This document shows, piece by piece, positions 1-13,259 of a DNA stretch of 64,000 bases. Origin of the DNA: Eledone cirrhosa (taxonomy: Eukaryota). The notes under the pieces were generated by a model. It had not been told where the DNA came from, ran no database searches, and saw nothing but the letters and a program-made list of their open reading frames with translations. The stretch spans positions 377,518,001 through 377,582,000 of the forward strand of contig OZ024741.1 of the NCBI GenBank assembly GCA_964016885.1. Direction: 5' to 3'. Position numbers and translations under genes: made by a program. Position 1 is the stretch's first letter. Every line of letters begins with the position of its first letter.

Positions 1-1551
1 TAAGCCATTTTTTAATAATATTGGGTGTCCACTGAGTAGGGTAGGCATGAATACTGCAATCAGCAAAATTAAGACATCTATCTATATACGTGATGAGATG
101 AGGATGTGTTTTTTCTTTTACTCAGAATAGCATGTTAAGCGTGTACTACTTGTGTCAGATTTTACAAATTATATACCATACGAGGTTTGTTAGTCTTGAT
201 GCCTGCTTTGATTATGTTATATATTATTATCGTGGTATGTTATATAACATGCAAACAAACCTATGGTTCTTGTGACACGAAGATTAAATTTTTCATGCAA
301 TAAATCTCTATATCACACATTTCCCAAAGTAGCAAATTAAGCTGTAATTACCACTACCCTTCTCCATTTACAATACTATCTAGCCATCTTACATCTGAAT
401 GCCCATATATGGAAAACTGAGTACATGACTGAGTTCACATAGTCGTATATGGAGATTATAAAATTGTGAAATAAATATAGATTTGGAATTTTTTGAAATG
501 CTGGAGTACGTCGAGCAAGATTGCTGGATGACATTCATGATATCGGTTGGTCTCGCTTGGGATCCTAGCCTATTAATTAGAGACAGTTGATTCCAACAGG
601 ACGCAATGGAAGGTATGCTTCAGCGTCCTGTGTCCCCAAACCATCCAATGTATAAGAGGGTGAAGAAGAACATCAAATGTATTGTATAGGGAAAGAAACA
701 CTAATTGATGAACACAAAGGAACTATCGGCGATAAAAATCCGTATGTCGATTTCTTTATAGTAGCCAATAAGTAATCAGGACATGAAGTTCAAGTCTTAT
801 GAACTTTAAAGGTAGACGTTTTGTTATCATCAATCAAACAAATCTTTAAATTGAAATAAGGCTAGCGTTAAAAATATACAAAATATTTATGTTGGGGTTT
901 AAAACTGACATATGTTATCTAAGATTATAAATGTCAAGGAAGTAACTTTAAAGAAACAGTTATGTTACGACCTTTACCAAAGTATCCAATAGTGATAGGA
1001 ATGAAGGAATATTCCATAAACTACATTAATATATTATTACTGTCAATCCCCCGCAGTCTTTGTTTACAGTCGCTTTAGTTCCTGTTAAAAAAGTGCGTGC
1101 TTTTTATGGAAACATTTTTATTAATTATTAACAATAATTTGTTATAAATAAAATAATAGAAGCCATTTGTGATATCATTCTGCGGGAAGTTATGGCGTCA
1201 CACTAACTGTTGGGAGCTCTCTTCTACATACGCTTAATATTCTCTTTTTAAAGACCGGTATTCAATATTCAAAGCACATAGCGATCCTTCGATTCAGTGG
1301 GAAAATTTAAGGCTTTAAAAGGTGGAGTCAATCATAACTTTACTTTAATTGCCTAAATATATGTTAAGTCTATTGCTTTCGCAAGTATGATGGTGTAGCA
1401 AACAATTCTCTAGAATCTAGAGTCTAGATAAATATATTCTTACATAAACAAGAAATAAGAGAAAAGTACAGGAATCTGATCATTCCCATCTCGCGATGGT
1501 AAGGCTGTTGTTAGTACAATTCGTTAAACACTTATAGTACGAGGGCTTAGC

Positions 1552-1680
<129 letters not shown>

Positions 1681-1759
1681 TAGAGATAGATAGATAGATG
1701 GATAGATAGATGAATAGACAGATATAAAACTACATTATGAACTACGACAGAAGACTCAG

Positions 1760-2215
1760 ACTCAGAAGCTCCCGCATCTTGCGACGCATGAGGCAATCGT
1801 AGTGTTCCATCGCTTTCGGTCAGCAGCCAGTTGCACAGCGTTCCGCCATTGTCTGTTTGTCGCTCTCAGGTCCCTCTCAACTGTCTGGCGCCAGTTGATA
1901 TTGGGTCGCCCTCTCCGTCTGCTTCCCTGCGGGCTCCATTTAAGTACTTGGTACGCCAGTCTCTCCGGGGGAAGTCTCAAAGCGTGTCCAAACCAGCCCA
2001 GGCGTCGCTTGCAGATGGTAGAAGAGACTAGCTGCTGGTTGGTGCGGGTCCTGACTTCCTGGTTTGTTACATGGTCACTCCATTTAATTCCCAGGATCTT
2101 TCGCAGACATCTGGAATCGAATGCGTCCAACTTCTTCTCTTCGCTGGTCTTAAGGTGCCATGTTTCCGTTCCGTACAAGAGTGTGGACAGCACGTTGCTG
2201 TTGTAGAATCTTATC
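1760..2215 (-). mobile_element. RTE-clade LINE 3' fragment (C-terminus of ORF2)
   Basis: ORF 1762..2193 reads STLLYGTETW...LDAFDSRCLRKILGIKWSDHVTNQEV...RRLGWFGHALR...GSRRRGRP..W, the typical RTE/BovB-like post-RT tail. It ends next to (TA)n/(GA)n. Confidence 0.85.
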
Positions 2216-2445
2216 TTTTAACAGAAGGCCGGACTGGAAACTTTATAATGACCCGCAGATTCCGAAACAAATTTGGTCCCCTTTCATATTCTATTTTCTT
2301 AGATTATGTACGCCAAAATAATCTTCTCTTATACAATTAATTCTGCAATTTGCACCTCATGAAACCGCTTGGGTTAAGAAAGGTTTACTAACTGGAATCA
2401 TCAGTTCCATGAATTGGCGAACCACGTAACATAAATGGAATGTAA

Positions 2446-2486
<41 letters not shown>

Positions 2487-2487
<1 letters not shown>

Positions 2488-3175
2488 CAAGTAAGAATAT
2501 TTTTGAAACAGCGAGAGGGACTGAAATTATTGTAAATGTTAGCTATCGCCGTATTTTGACTAAAGAAATTAAAGAAATTATTTAGCCTGATAGTGGGGTT
2601 AAGAACCCTCAGAGAAATGGAAAAGATGAGTATTGACGTACATGGGAGTCGAAAATATTCTTACTTGACATTACAATCGCTAAGTTTATAGCTTCTAATT
2701 TGAATGGAAAATGTTGGGTGAAGTGTTGGTGAAAATAGTAGCACATTGGTCTGGCTAACCAAAGATGTGGGTTCGACTCCCATGTACGTAAATACTCATC
2801 TTTTTCCATTTCACCGAGGGTTCTTAACCCCACTATCAGGCTAAATAATTTCTTTAATTTATTTAGTCAAAATACGTCAATAGCTTACATTTATAATAAT
2901 TTCAAACCCGCTAGCTGTTTCGAAAATATTCTTATTTGACATTACAGTCGCTAAGTTTATAGCTTCTAATTTGAATGGAAAAGGAGTGGTGATGTGTTGG
3001 TGTAAATGGTAGCACAGTGGTCTGGATAAGCAAATATGTGGGTTCGACTCCCATGTACGTCAATACTTATCTTTTTCCATTTTTCCGAGGGTTCTTAACC
3101 CCACTATCAGGCTAAATAATTTCATTAATTTCTCTAGTCAAAATACTGCGATAGCTTACATTTATAATAATTTCA
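2487..3175. repeat. ~271-bp tandem unit (2 copies, + strand) plus an inverted partial copy (2487-2652); each full unit has an internal tRNA-like cloverleaf
   Basis: gaaaatattctta(c/t)ttgacattac recurs at 2651 and 2922. 2487-2652 is the reverse complement of the unit's 3' part. (TA)n flanks both sides. Confidence 0.85.
2991..3062 (+). pseudogene. tRNA-like sequence (pseudo-tRNA or SINE head); second copy at ~2720-2791
   Basis: 72 nt: acceptor GATGTGT/GTACGTC, D arm GTGT-AAATGGTA-GCAC, anticodon arm TTGGT-CTGGCTA-ACCAA in copy 1 (degraded in copy 2), T arm GTGGG-TTCGACT-CCCAT. A and B boxes are recognisable. Confidence 0.7.
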
Positions 3176-3634
3176 TATATATATATATATATATATATGA
3201 ATGTATATATAGTGTATTTCGCAATACACTGTATGCTTAATTAAAAGCATTTTAAGACAATACGCTATTGTTTTAAAGTAGTGACAATGCCACTTACTTA
3301 AATTTTCAGCAAACAGGAGAGATAAGCTGACAGAGCTCTGTTTTGTACTTGTTGGTACTTATCAAAGCTCACTAATCTTCCTGTTTGCTGAAAATTATGT
3401 GTATTGGATTCTTATAGAAATCTATTAATAATCAGGAACTGATTATACATAGCGGTCGCCGGTCCAGCGGAAATTGAAAATTAGAATTGGTGCTCTGAAA
3501 TAGCGATATATATATGAATGTATATATAGTGTATTTTGAGATACACTGTATGCTTAATTAAAAGCATTTTGAAGACCATACGCTATTGATTTAAAGTAGT
3601 GACACTTACTTAAATGTTCAGCAAACAGGGGAGA

Positions 3635-3683
3635 TAAGCTGACAGAGCTCTGTTTCGTACTTGTTGGTACTTATCAAAGCTCA
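3635..3683 (-). ncRNA. Type I hammerhead ribozyme, U3-A8 core variant, apparently intact
   Basis: Minus strand: TGAGCT-TTGATAA-GTAC caacaa GTAC-GAA-ACAGAGCTCTGT-C-AGCTTA. Helices I, II and III all pair; GUC cleavage triplet. Confidence 0.85.
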
Positions 3684-3828
3684 CTACTCTTCCTGTATAT
3701 TTCAGAGCACCAATTCTAATTTTCAATTTCTGCTGGATCGGCGTTCGCTCTGTATAATCAGTTTTTGATTATTACTGGAATTCTATACGAATCCAACCAA
3801 CATAATTTTCAGCAAATAGGAAGAGCAG

Positions 3829-3877
3829 TGAGCTTTGATAAGTACCAACAAGTACGAAACAGAGCTATGTCAGCTTA
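3829..3877 (+). ncRNA. Type I hammerhead ribozyme (U3-A8), one helix III mismatch, extended helix I
   Basis: TGAGCT-TTGATAA-GTACcaacaaGTAC-GAA-ACAGAGCTATGT-C-AGCTTA. Flanks ttcagcaaatagg / cctgtttgctgaa extend helix I past an internal loop. Confidence 0.8.
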
Positions 3878-4349
3878 TCTCCCCTGTTTGCTGAACATTC
3901 AATGTCAAGAGTGTCTTTCGACGTGATCTTGTAGAATGAATTGTCTTAATTAAAAATCCCATTATCACATATCTATGGAAACCAAACGTCATACAGTTTA
4001 GAAATGAAAACTATATGCCGTTTTATAGTTATAATTATCTACTTTATCAATAATAAGACAATTATATATTATCTTTTATGTTGATACTAATGTTGTGACA
4101 TTCTATTTCTTGCTTCAACTTGATGAAAATGCTAAAGTTTAAAAGGCATTTGACTGATGCAAACTATAAATGTTAGATTCATCGCTTTGAGCCAGTAAAA
4201 AACACACAATCCATCCAGGGAAAACACTCCAGCTTACCTACTCCCCAATAGTTAATGGTCGTTTCATATGTAAACGTAATTGTGTTTATTATGCAAAAGT
4301 AATTGTATTTAGTATGACAACATGCTGGTGCAACTTTCAAAACCAAACC

Positions 4350-4442
4350 ACCAGTAAAAATGATGAAAGGGGTGTTGTTTCATCAAGACAATGCCCCTGC
4401 ATACAAAGCCTTGTTTTCAATAGCTGTTGTGCGTCTCTGGCT
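4350..4442 (+). mobile_element. Tc1/mariner transposase fragment
   Basis: Translates KGVLFHQDNAPAYKALFSIAVVR, matching the mariner second catalytic Asp motif (HQDNAPAH). Confidence 0.65.
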
Positions 4443-6119
4443 TTTAAAAGGCATTTGACTGATGCAAACTATAAATAATCATTCATCTTACTATGATTCC
4501 AGTACCAAAAACGTATATATATTATAATAGGCCAGAAATTACTCTGCTTCAAGTCAAACCTTAATATATAATGAATCTGGCTGAAAGTTGTCTGCGGAAG
4601 CCAAACATATATAGAATTTTTGCTCTAGGAATGTATGTCTCTATTAAATCAGTATCAAAGTTAATGGCTTTGAAAAATGTCTATACATGTAGCTACATAA
4701 TTCTAACACCTGAAACGCTACTACATTATATCTTTACATTTAACTCATAGATCTAATTTCAGGAGCATTTTGATTGGATGTAAGCATTTACAGTCTTGCA
4801 TTGATTTGGGCTCTTTTTGCTCTTAAATTTTCTTAAATATTCCTCCATAGAAGAAATTACCATATTTAAATTAAGGAAGTGGAATCCATATAAGTAGACA
4901 GGTAAATCGAATATTGGCAATGTAGATAGATACTGAAATGAAAGATTGTTAGAATTCTACCTGGGAAAACCAATGATGTTGTCTGTAGAACATTTCTAAA
5001 TCAATGATACTTAGAGGCAACCGGATTCTGGTTACTCCAACGCAGCTTAAATGTATTTATAGCAAAGTTAAGCCATCAAATGTTTTGGATCAATAACTAA
5101 ATATCTTTATATCGTAATATGAATATTCAGAGAATATATTCAATTCATCTAGGAAAACTGACGGGAGGATCGTAAACTTTCTATATCTTCAATACTATAT
5201 AAGTGACATTGAAGAGACCCTAGCACTTGTGACTCTGTTTTCTATCTTCTTTATGGTGATACTTGTTCGGAATCCAAAATATATTAATCTATTAAAGTAT
5301 CTTAATATACTTCATGTAAGATTATGAGCCACATCAAAATAGTACTACGATACACTGAATATGAAATGAATTTATAGCTTGACACCATGTTATATACATA
5401 GTATCACAAGGTATACTAATAATTATACAAGGAAAGAAATGTTATAAAATAACCTACGCCTATACATAAGGAAACGATATAAGTTAAAACAATTTATTTC
5501 TCTATGAGGAAAATGTAATTTTAGAAACCTTCAGTTTTTAACAAATAATTCTAAATGCGGTGAAATATTTGGATTTGAATGATACAACTGTCGGGCACGA
5601 TAGAAAATTCGTGAACGCAACGAAGCTAAATATTAGCGTTAAGAATTTAAACTGAAGTTCTAATGACAAATATTAAACACAGGAAACACGAAATAGCTAA
5701 TTGCGGTCAGTTATGCTATGGTGAAAAACAATTATTAGACATTCATTTATGTCTGTTTAATAATATATCCCACAAGCAAATTATTCCACAAATGAAGGTT
5801 TGAAACTCAATTTCACCTCAGAAATGTCAAGGAAACGCGAACATAGGTTACTGGATCCTCAACCTACGCTTTTTAACTGTCGTGGTGATCACTATTCCAT
5901 TCTTCTGATGTCAAACCAGTTTGAGTGGAAATTATTGGAAACAACAACAAGTTATACGTTCGAAGAATAAGTACTGCATTATTTAATACGTTTTAAACAC
6001 ACGCTTTTGACAACTGAATAAAGTAATTTCAACAAAATTCCCTTCTTTAAAAACAGAAAAAGATGTAATTACGTGAAAGGACATTTTTGTAATATTAATT
6101 ATATTCTCTCCCCTTCTTC

Positions 6120-6710
6120 TCCATCTACCTATTCCTGAGAAAAGCGCGGGGAAAAGTCCTCAAACACTCCTTCCAGTGGGTTCTATCAGAAGCAATCGTC
6201 CTCAACTGACCCGACTGGATCCCCAAGAGTGAATAGCCAAGATCATAAATCTTATCCAACCATCTTGCTCGGCGTCTACCCCTGGGTCTGTTACCGTTTG
6301 GTTTTGTCAACAAAAATCTGTCCAGGGATTCTCTCCTGAGATATTCTTACCACATTCCTATAGTATCGAAGCTGTGATCTCTCAATTCGGAGAAGTAGCG
6401 ACTTTACCTGGAGTGACTCTCTGATCTGCGATCTACGCACTTTATCGAGTAACGTTACTCCAAACACTCTTCGGAGGAATCACATTTCGGCTGCTTGTAT
6501 TCAGATCGTATTCGTTCGGTCATTACACGAGAATCGTTACCACAGTTAAAGGTTGGCATGAATACCCAATTAAATTTAGTGAGTTTGGCTTTTACGCCAA
6601 GTTCCCTTCTACCGATTACTGAATATTAATCTGGCACATTACTGCACCAGCTCCTGCAATTATTGCACTTTTGTCAGCCTCCTGCCTTCCATCACACGAA
6701 AAGATTATTT
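6120..6710 (-). mobile_element. Degenerate RTE-like LINE 3' fragment
   Basis: ORF 6125..6313 has KPNGNRPRGRRRARWLD...DRTHWK. Upstream minus-strand remnants resemble RIQAAEM.FLRRV.GVTLLDKVR. Confidence 0.7.
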
Positions 6711-7287
6711 TTGTATTGTCATCACATTGAACGACGAAAATAAATGCATCGTTAATATGAATACCTGATTCATTACCGAGTGTAATTGGTGGCTTTATTC
6801 AAAATAAAACATCAGTTTTGGGGATAAATCCTATCCCTTTTATATGCTGATGTAGGTACTGATTAGATGGAATTATAGAACCGAGTAGTAGATGATATAC
6901 TGATAACGTGCAAGTTACATCCAATTGAAGTTTTATATAACTGCAGCAATATCTAGTACAATATATTAGTATATAATATAATAATATAATACATTTGTGT
7001 TGCATAAAACTAACGGTAAATTAGGTGTTTCTGAAAATAAAGGAAATATAAATGATATTGAAAACGTGAAATATAAAATTTACGGTTATATATGATGTTC
7101 AAAACCTATTTCTGGTAATGATTATTGGATAAATTGAGGTGATAGAGAATTTATTTAATGAATATATTGTTTACCCTCAGTATCGATAGTTTTTAATTTT
7201 TTGAGATAATACTCCGGTTGATTTCTTTTAAAATGTCATATGTATGTACGTATCTAAGCCTAGAACCACATACAGAACCCACCCACC

Positions 7288-7386
<99 letters not shown>

Positions 7387-7689
7387 CGATAAATTAACGG
7401 AGCCATAGATTCTCGCTATTCCCTGTCAGTTATGTTTCTCCCTGTTTGATTGATGGCGCACTATCTCTGTTTCTAGTGTGTTACCTTTTCAACATGTTGT
7501 ATTATATATATATTCCTATATATATATATTCATATATATATATCAAAGAATATATATAATTGGCGAATAAATTTAGTACATCTGTCAAAATATAGTGCCG
7601 TATTTTATCTGGCAGAGATCAACATTAATGTTCGTTATTCCGAAGTGAAAACATATAATACTTGTCATGCGTGTACTTCGTGTTGTCCA

Positions 7690-8330
7690 TATATTCCTGT
7701 GAGGATAGTGGGGGCAGGTTCCTGAAAGGCGTTGTCCAGCATGTTCTGTAAAAAATATTTGTCTCCAGTTGATCCGGTTGGACCCTTAAGCAATGCTAAT
7801 CGAGCTAATGAATATAATTCGACAATTTTGCTCGGAGGCTACCCCTGTTGTTAGGTGTTTGCCCGTAAAATCTCTCCTGCGATTCTTTCCTTAAATATTC
7901 TAACATCATGCCCGCAGTGTTGGAGCTTAAATCGGAGAAGTCGTAGCTCTACCTGATCTCCAACCTACTCACTCTATCGAGTAACTTTGCTCTAAAGATC
8001 CTTCAGAGGTATCCTGTTTCGGCCTCTTGTATTTGGGATGGTATTCGATAAGTCATTAAACAAGATTCATTACTATAGGTAACGAGTGGCACGAATCTCG
8101 AATTAAAAATAATGGACCTTTTCACTTACCTCCTTTTTTTCGATTTCAGAATGCTTAAGTTGGCACAATTATGTACCAGCTCCTGCGATTCCTGCAATAA
8201 GGCAGCATCCTGATTTCCATCCCTCGTGAACATAGCTCCAATATACTTGGCCTTCCCTACCTGTTTTAATGGACCTCCACTGAAACGTGGAGTGCAGTGC
8301 GCAGGCTTCATTGAGAAGATGAATGTCGCA
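7690..8330 (-). mobile_element. Degenerate RTE-like LINE 3' fragment, related to 6120-6710
   Basis: Visible nucleotide similarity to 6340-6600 (ggagaagt(a/c)g..act(t/c)tacctg, actttatcgagtaac). Remnant KQVGKAKYIG in ORF 8126..8407. Confidence 0.6.
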
Positions 8331-8503
8331 GGAGTGATTTTCGTACATGTCATTTTATACTGGGGAACGAATTTAATCGATTGGCCATCCATATTTTTGT
8401 ACGACAATCCGTGGGATTGCGATGAAAGAGGTAAAATGCAGTTTAGAAGATAATGTAGTCACATCAAACGCACACACACACAGACACTAACGCTAACATG
8501 TAC

Positions 8504-8653
8504 CTTCACTTGCCTTTTAAAACCATTCCCATTAAAATGAATGAAGCAAACAAAATATGCTGAGATTAATGATGAATATTGCAGATGAAGTTCATGTAGA
8601 AATTGCAAATATGCTTTTATCTGGATCCTATTCTTTGTAAAATGTGCTACAGC
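8504..8653 (-). pseudogene. Candidate exon of the decayed host gene (150 nt, phase 0/0, open)
   Basis: ttttttgtttcaAG | AVAHFTKNRIQIKAYLQFLHELHLQYSSLISAYFVCFIHFNGNGFKRQVK | GTacat. Confidence 0.55.
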
Positions 8654-9500
8654 CTTGAAACAAAAAAAATCATTATTTTATATTACATGTATTATATTTT
8701 ATCTTGACCTGATTGCAAAACATCTATAATTATGAAACCTTTTCCACCCAGGCAATAGGATCAGAACACACGATTATTAAAGTATTATATTTTTCAGAAA
8801 TAAAGCACGGGCAAAAGTTTTAATAATTTATAAAAAAAGAGAAAGTATTTAACGTGCAAGCCATCTGATATTTACATGCTATTGAATCAAATACATAATG
8901 GCTATGCATCGTATTTACTCCACACCCAATTTGTTATGACATATTTACTTTCACAAATAGTGTTAATATATCATATGTAACGACGAAAAAATGTCGCTAG
9001 TCACGACGAAATGTTAACAGCTCTCTTTGTGAGGATAAATATATTACTTCAACTCATAAAACATCATAATATATATAGTGCATATATGGGAATACATCTT
9101 ACCAATGTCTGGTTAATAACATGCGGCATTTAGAAGAAACGGATATCAGGTAAGCATAACAGGGTTAACTACGAAACCATTCATTAAAAAATTGACGTAT
9201 AGTTTGAGCGACGAATAAACAATAAGGTACTGACAATTTGGTGAACTGAGAAAGATAGTTAATTATATATTATAACACCATCAGAAATATAAGCATTAGC
9301 TGTGAGAAATACAAAACGTATAGTGCCAGTGTTAATGTAATGAGATTACTCCAGCTTCTAGTGAACACAATCAGTGTATGGTTTTTGAAAATAAAATTAG
9401 ACAAAAATATAGAGCATAAAGACAAATACACATACATTCACACGTACACACACATATATAAACTCATACATATATAAAATAAATGCATGCATGGATATAT

Positions 9501-10674
<1,174 letters not shown>

Positions 10675-10814
10675 CTCCATGCATACATTTATTTTATATA
10701 TGTATGAGTTTATATATGTGTGTGTACGTGTGTATGTATGTGTATTTGTGTCTAATTGTATTCGCAAACGCCATACACTGATTGTATATATAAATATATA
10801 TATATGATATATAT

Positions 10815-10861
<47 letters not shown>

Positions 10862-10865
<4 letters not shown>

Positions 10866-11521
10866 TATGTATACGTACATACATATATGTATACAGACGT
10901 ACAGTAGTATGTATATATATATATATATATATATAGATGCACACATATATATATGTACGTATGGATTCACCAAACATTTATTATAATGCTCGGTGTGCTT
11001 GTAAACAAACATCCCGTATAAAGCCGCAGTGTCTCGAAATCACCGTTGCTCGTTTGTTCAACACTGACAAAGGAACTATGTACTAGTTTCAAGCTTGTTA
11101 GCTATCGTCAGCAACGTATACCTTCCTGCCAGATTGGGCTACTCAACCGTTAATATGCATAAGGAAAGTATATACTTTCGGACGTTCAACTATCTGGCAC
11201 GAAGGTATACGTTGCTGACGGTAGCTAACAAGCTTGAAACTAGTACAGCGTTCCTTTGTCAGTGTTGAACAAACGAGCAACGGTGGTTGCTAGACACTGC
11301 GGCTTTATACGGGATGTTTGTTTACAAGCACACCGAGCATTATAATACATGTTTGTTGAATCCATACGTACATATATATATGTGTGCATGTATGTATATA
11401 TATATATATACATACTACTGTGCGTCTGTATACATATATGTATGTACGTATACATACTTATATTTAAGTAACAGCCGTACTAAGAGTGGGAAATGAAATT
11501 TCGTTTCATTTGTTCCGTTTA
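10862..11521. mobile_element. HHR-bearing ~425-bp repeat family, head-to-head inverted pair
   Basis: 10862-11135 is the reverse complement of ~11195-11460. HHR 11075-11117(-) has an intact core: ACGTTG-CTGACGA-tAGCtaacaaGCTt-GAA-ACTAGT-A. HHR 11209-11251(+) has CTGACGG. Confidence 0.8.
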
Positions 11522-11536
11522 TATATATAAATATAT

Positions 11537-11629
<93 letters not shown>

Positions 11630-12226
11630 TATGTGAGAAAGAGGATATGTGAGAATGCGTGTGTGTGTATATACGCTTGTGAGTAAATATAAATATATAT
11701 TTCACACCATTTGTTAACGCTATCTATTGGTTTAAAATGGAACTCCTGCCTTAAATATCTTTTGCTTACATTCATTAAGCTACAGTAGAATTAGTGTCTT
11801 TTCTGAACCGATATGTTTACGATATGTCTACTTGCTAGTCGATGAGAATTCACGTGAAAGGGAAATTTGGTTTGTTTGAATGAAGAGAAAAAAGAAAAAA
11901 GCTATTATAGAAACCCCCTGCCTTCTATTTTCGTAAGGAGTCTACTTTCGTAGCGTAGAGTACATGAACCCTATGTTTTATCAAGTTGAAAATACACTAG
12001 AGGAGATGTTAGTAATACTGAATCCATCAAGTGTAGTGGGAAGTGGTCGAAATAATAGTTTTTCACGCATGTTAGAAGATACTTACTGTTATAAAGACAC
12101 GGTGTCAATATACTTCTGTTTGAATTGAAATATTTATCGGATGATTAGCGTCCTTTCAGTGGTAAAAGCCTGCATCTCATGGATCCGTTAGTGCATAGTT
12201 TAGATTATACAAAGCAGCACATTTAC

Positions 12227-12303
12227 CTTCTTTGTCTCTGGGCTTTATGTTCAGTAGATAGCTCTTTAAATATTCAGGGATTCGTATAAGAGCATGGTTG
12301 CTT
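12227..12303 (-). pseudogene. Candidate exon (77 nt) of the decayed host gene
   Basis: ctggcttctccAG | (R)SNHALIRIPEYLKSYLLNIKPRDKE | GTaaat. The acceptor choice is uncertain. Confidence 0.35.
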
Positions 12304-12964
12304 CTGGAGAAGCCAGAATATTAACAAATGTTAGCCTATGCTTTCATCCTAAGCGATGAGAATAAAAAAGGATTTCAAGCATCTCTAATAGACACAAATT
12401 TCTATTCTCTGTCAGAAACAGAAATACATTTCCCTAGTAATGCTATGATACATTTTTATTTCCGTAATATTGAGAAAAATATGTAACTTAATTCACATCC
12501 AAAGCAAGTAAAGGACGATCTTTAGTGCATAAACATTGAACTATATGAATACATATCCAATGAAGAATTTTTAAAGCAATTCACCATAGGTTGTTAGAAC
12601 AAACACGCGGAAATTAGTAAATACTTTGACTGATTGATTCCGTGTGGATAGGACCAAACATATTTAACATGATAAGGACTATTCTTAAAAACAGCGAAGC
12701 CTCACAATATCACGAAATAGATTTCCCCTTAGACTAGTGTATGTATGAACAATTAACTCCTGAATGATTGGTAGGGACACTGCCTTAACATACGGCGTGT
12801 CTAGAACATTTGATTTTAAATGGGGTGGAGTCCATCTACACTCTAGGCTTGAATACAACATATTTTCATAAGATAAGGTTTTAGAATATGAGAATGTAAT
12901 GGAGAAAGCAGTACAAAGGAAGAACCGACCCCAGTACATTAGTACATTTTTAACGATTTCAAAA

Positions 12965-13070
12965 TGCTAAATTGACGCCGCTCAGATTTGAACCCAAAGA
13001 GATTAGAGCAGAAACGAATAATGCAAAGCAATATATCTGACCTTCTCATGACTCCACCGAATTGCCCATT
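12965..13070 (-). mobile_element. Degenerate tRNA-derived SINE head
   Basis: The reverse complement contains the B-box-like gggttcaaatctgagcggcgtcaa and resembles the SINE at 24039. Confidence 0.5.
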
Positions 13071-13189
13071 TTAGACCAGTGTAAACACATAAGACATAAT
13101 GTAGCAGCTAAGGGAATAATTACACACACATACCCACACACGCACACACATACACACACGCACATACACACACACACACAAACACACAA

Positions 13190-13220
<31 letters not shown>

Positions 13221-13259
13221 AATGTGTGTGTGTGTGTGTACGTGTATTTGTGTAAAATA

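Larger units (their letters stand above)
3190..3900. mobile_element. Retrozyme-like non-coding unit: ~312-bp tandem repeat plus inverted copy, three hammerheads
   Basis: The unit start atatatgaatgtatatatagtgtattt recurs at ~3192 and ~3510. 3697-3900 is an inverted copy. HHR motifs at 3323-3371(-), 3635-3683(-) and 3829-3877(+). Confidence 0.8.

Noticed and set aside
2497-2545. HHR in the tRNA-containing repeat (AATATT...GAAATTATTGTAAATGTT)
   Set aside because: No CTGANGA or TTGANAA core in register in either copy.
2991-3062. Functional tRNA gene
   Set aside because: The anticodon stem is broken in this copy, the acceptor and D stems are damaged in the other, the anticodons disagree, and it lies inside a repeat. 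Kept only as tRNA-like.
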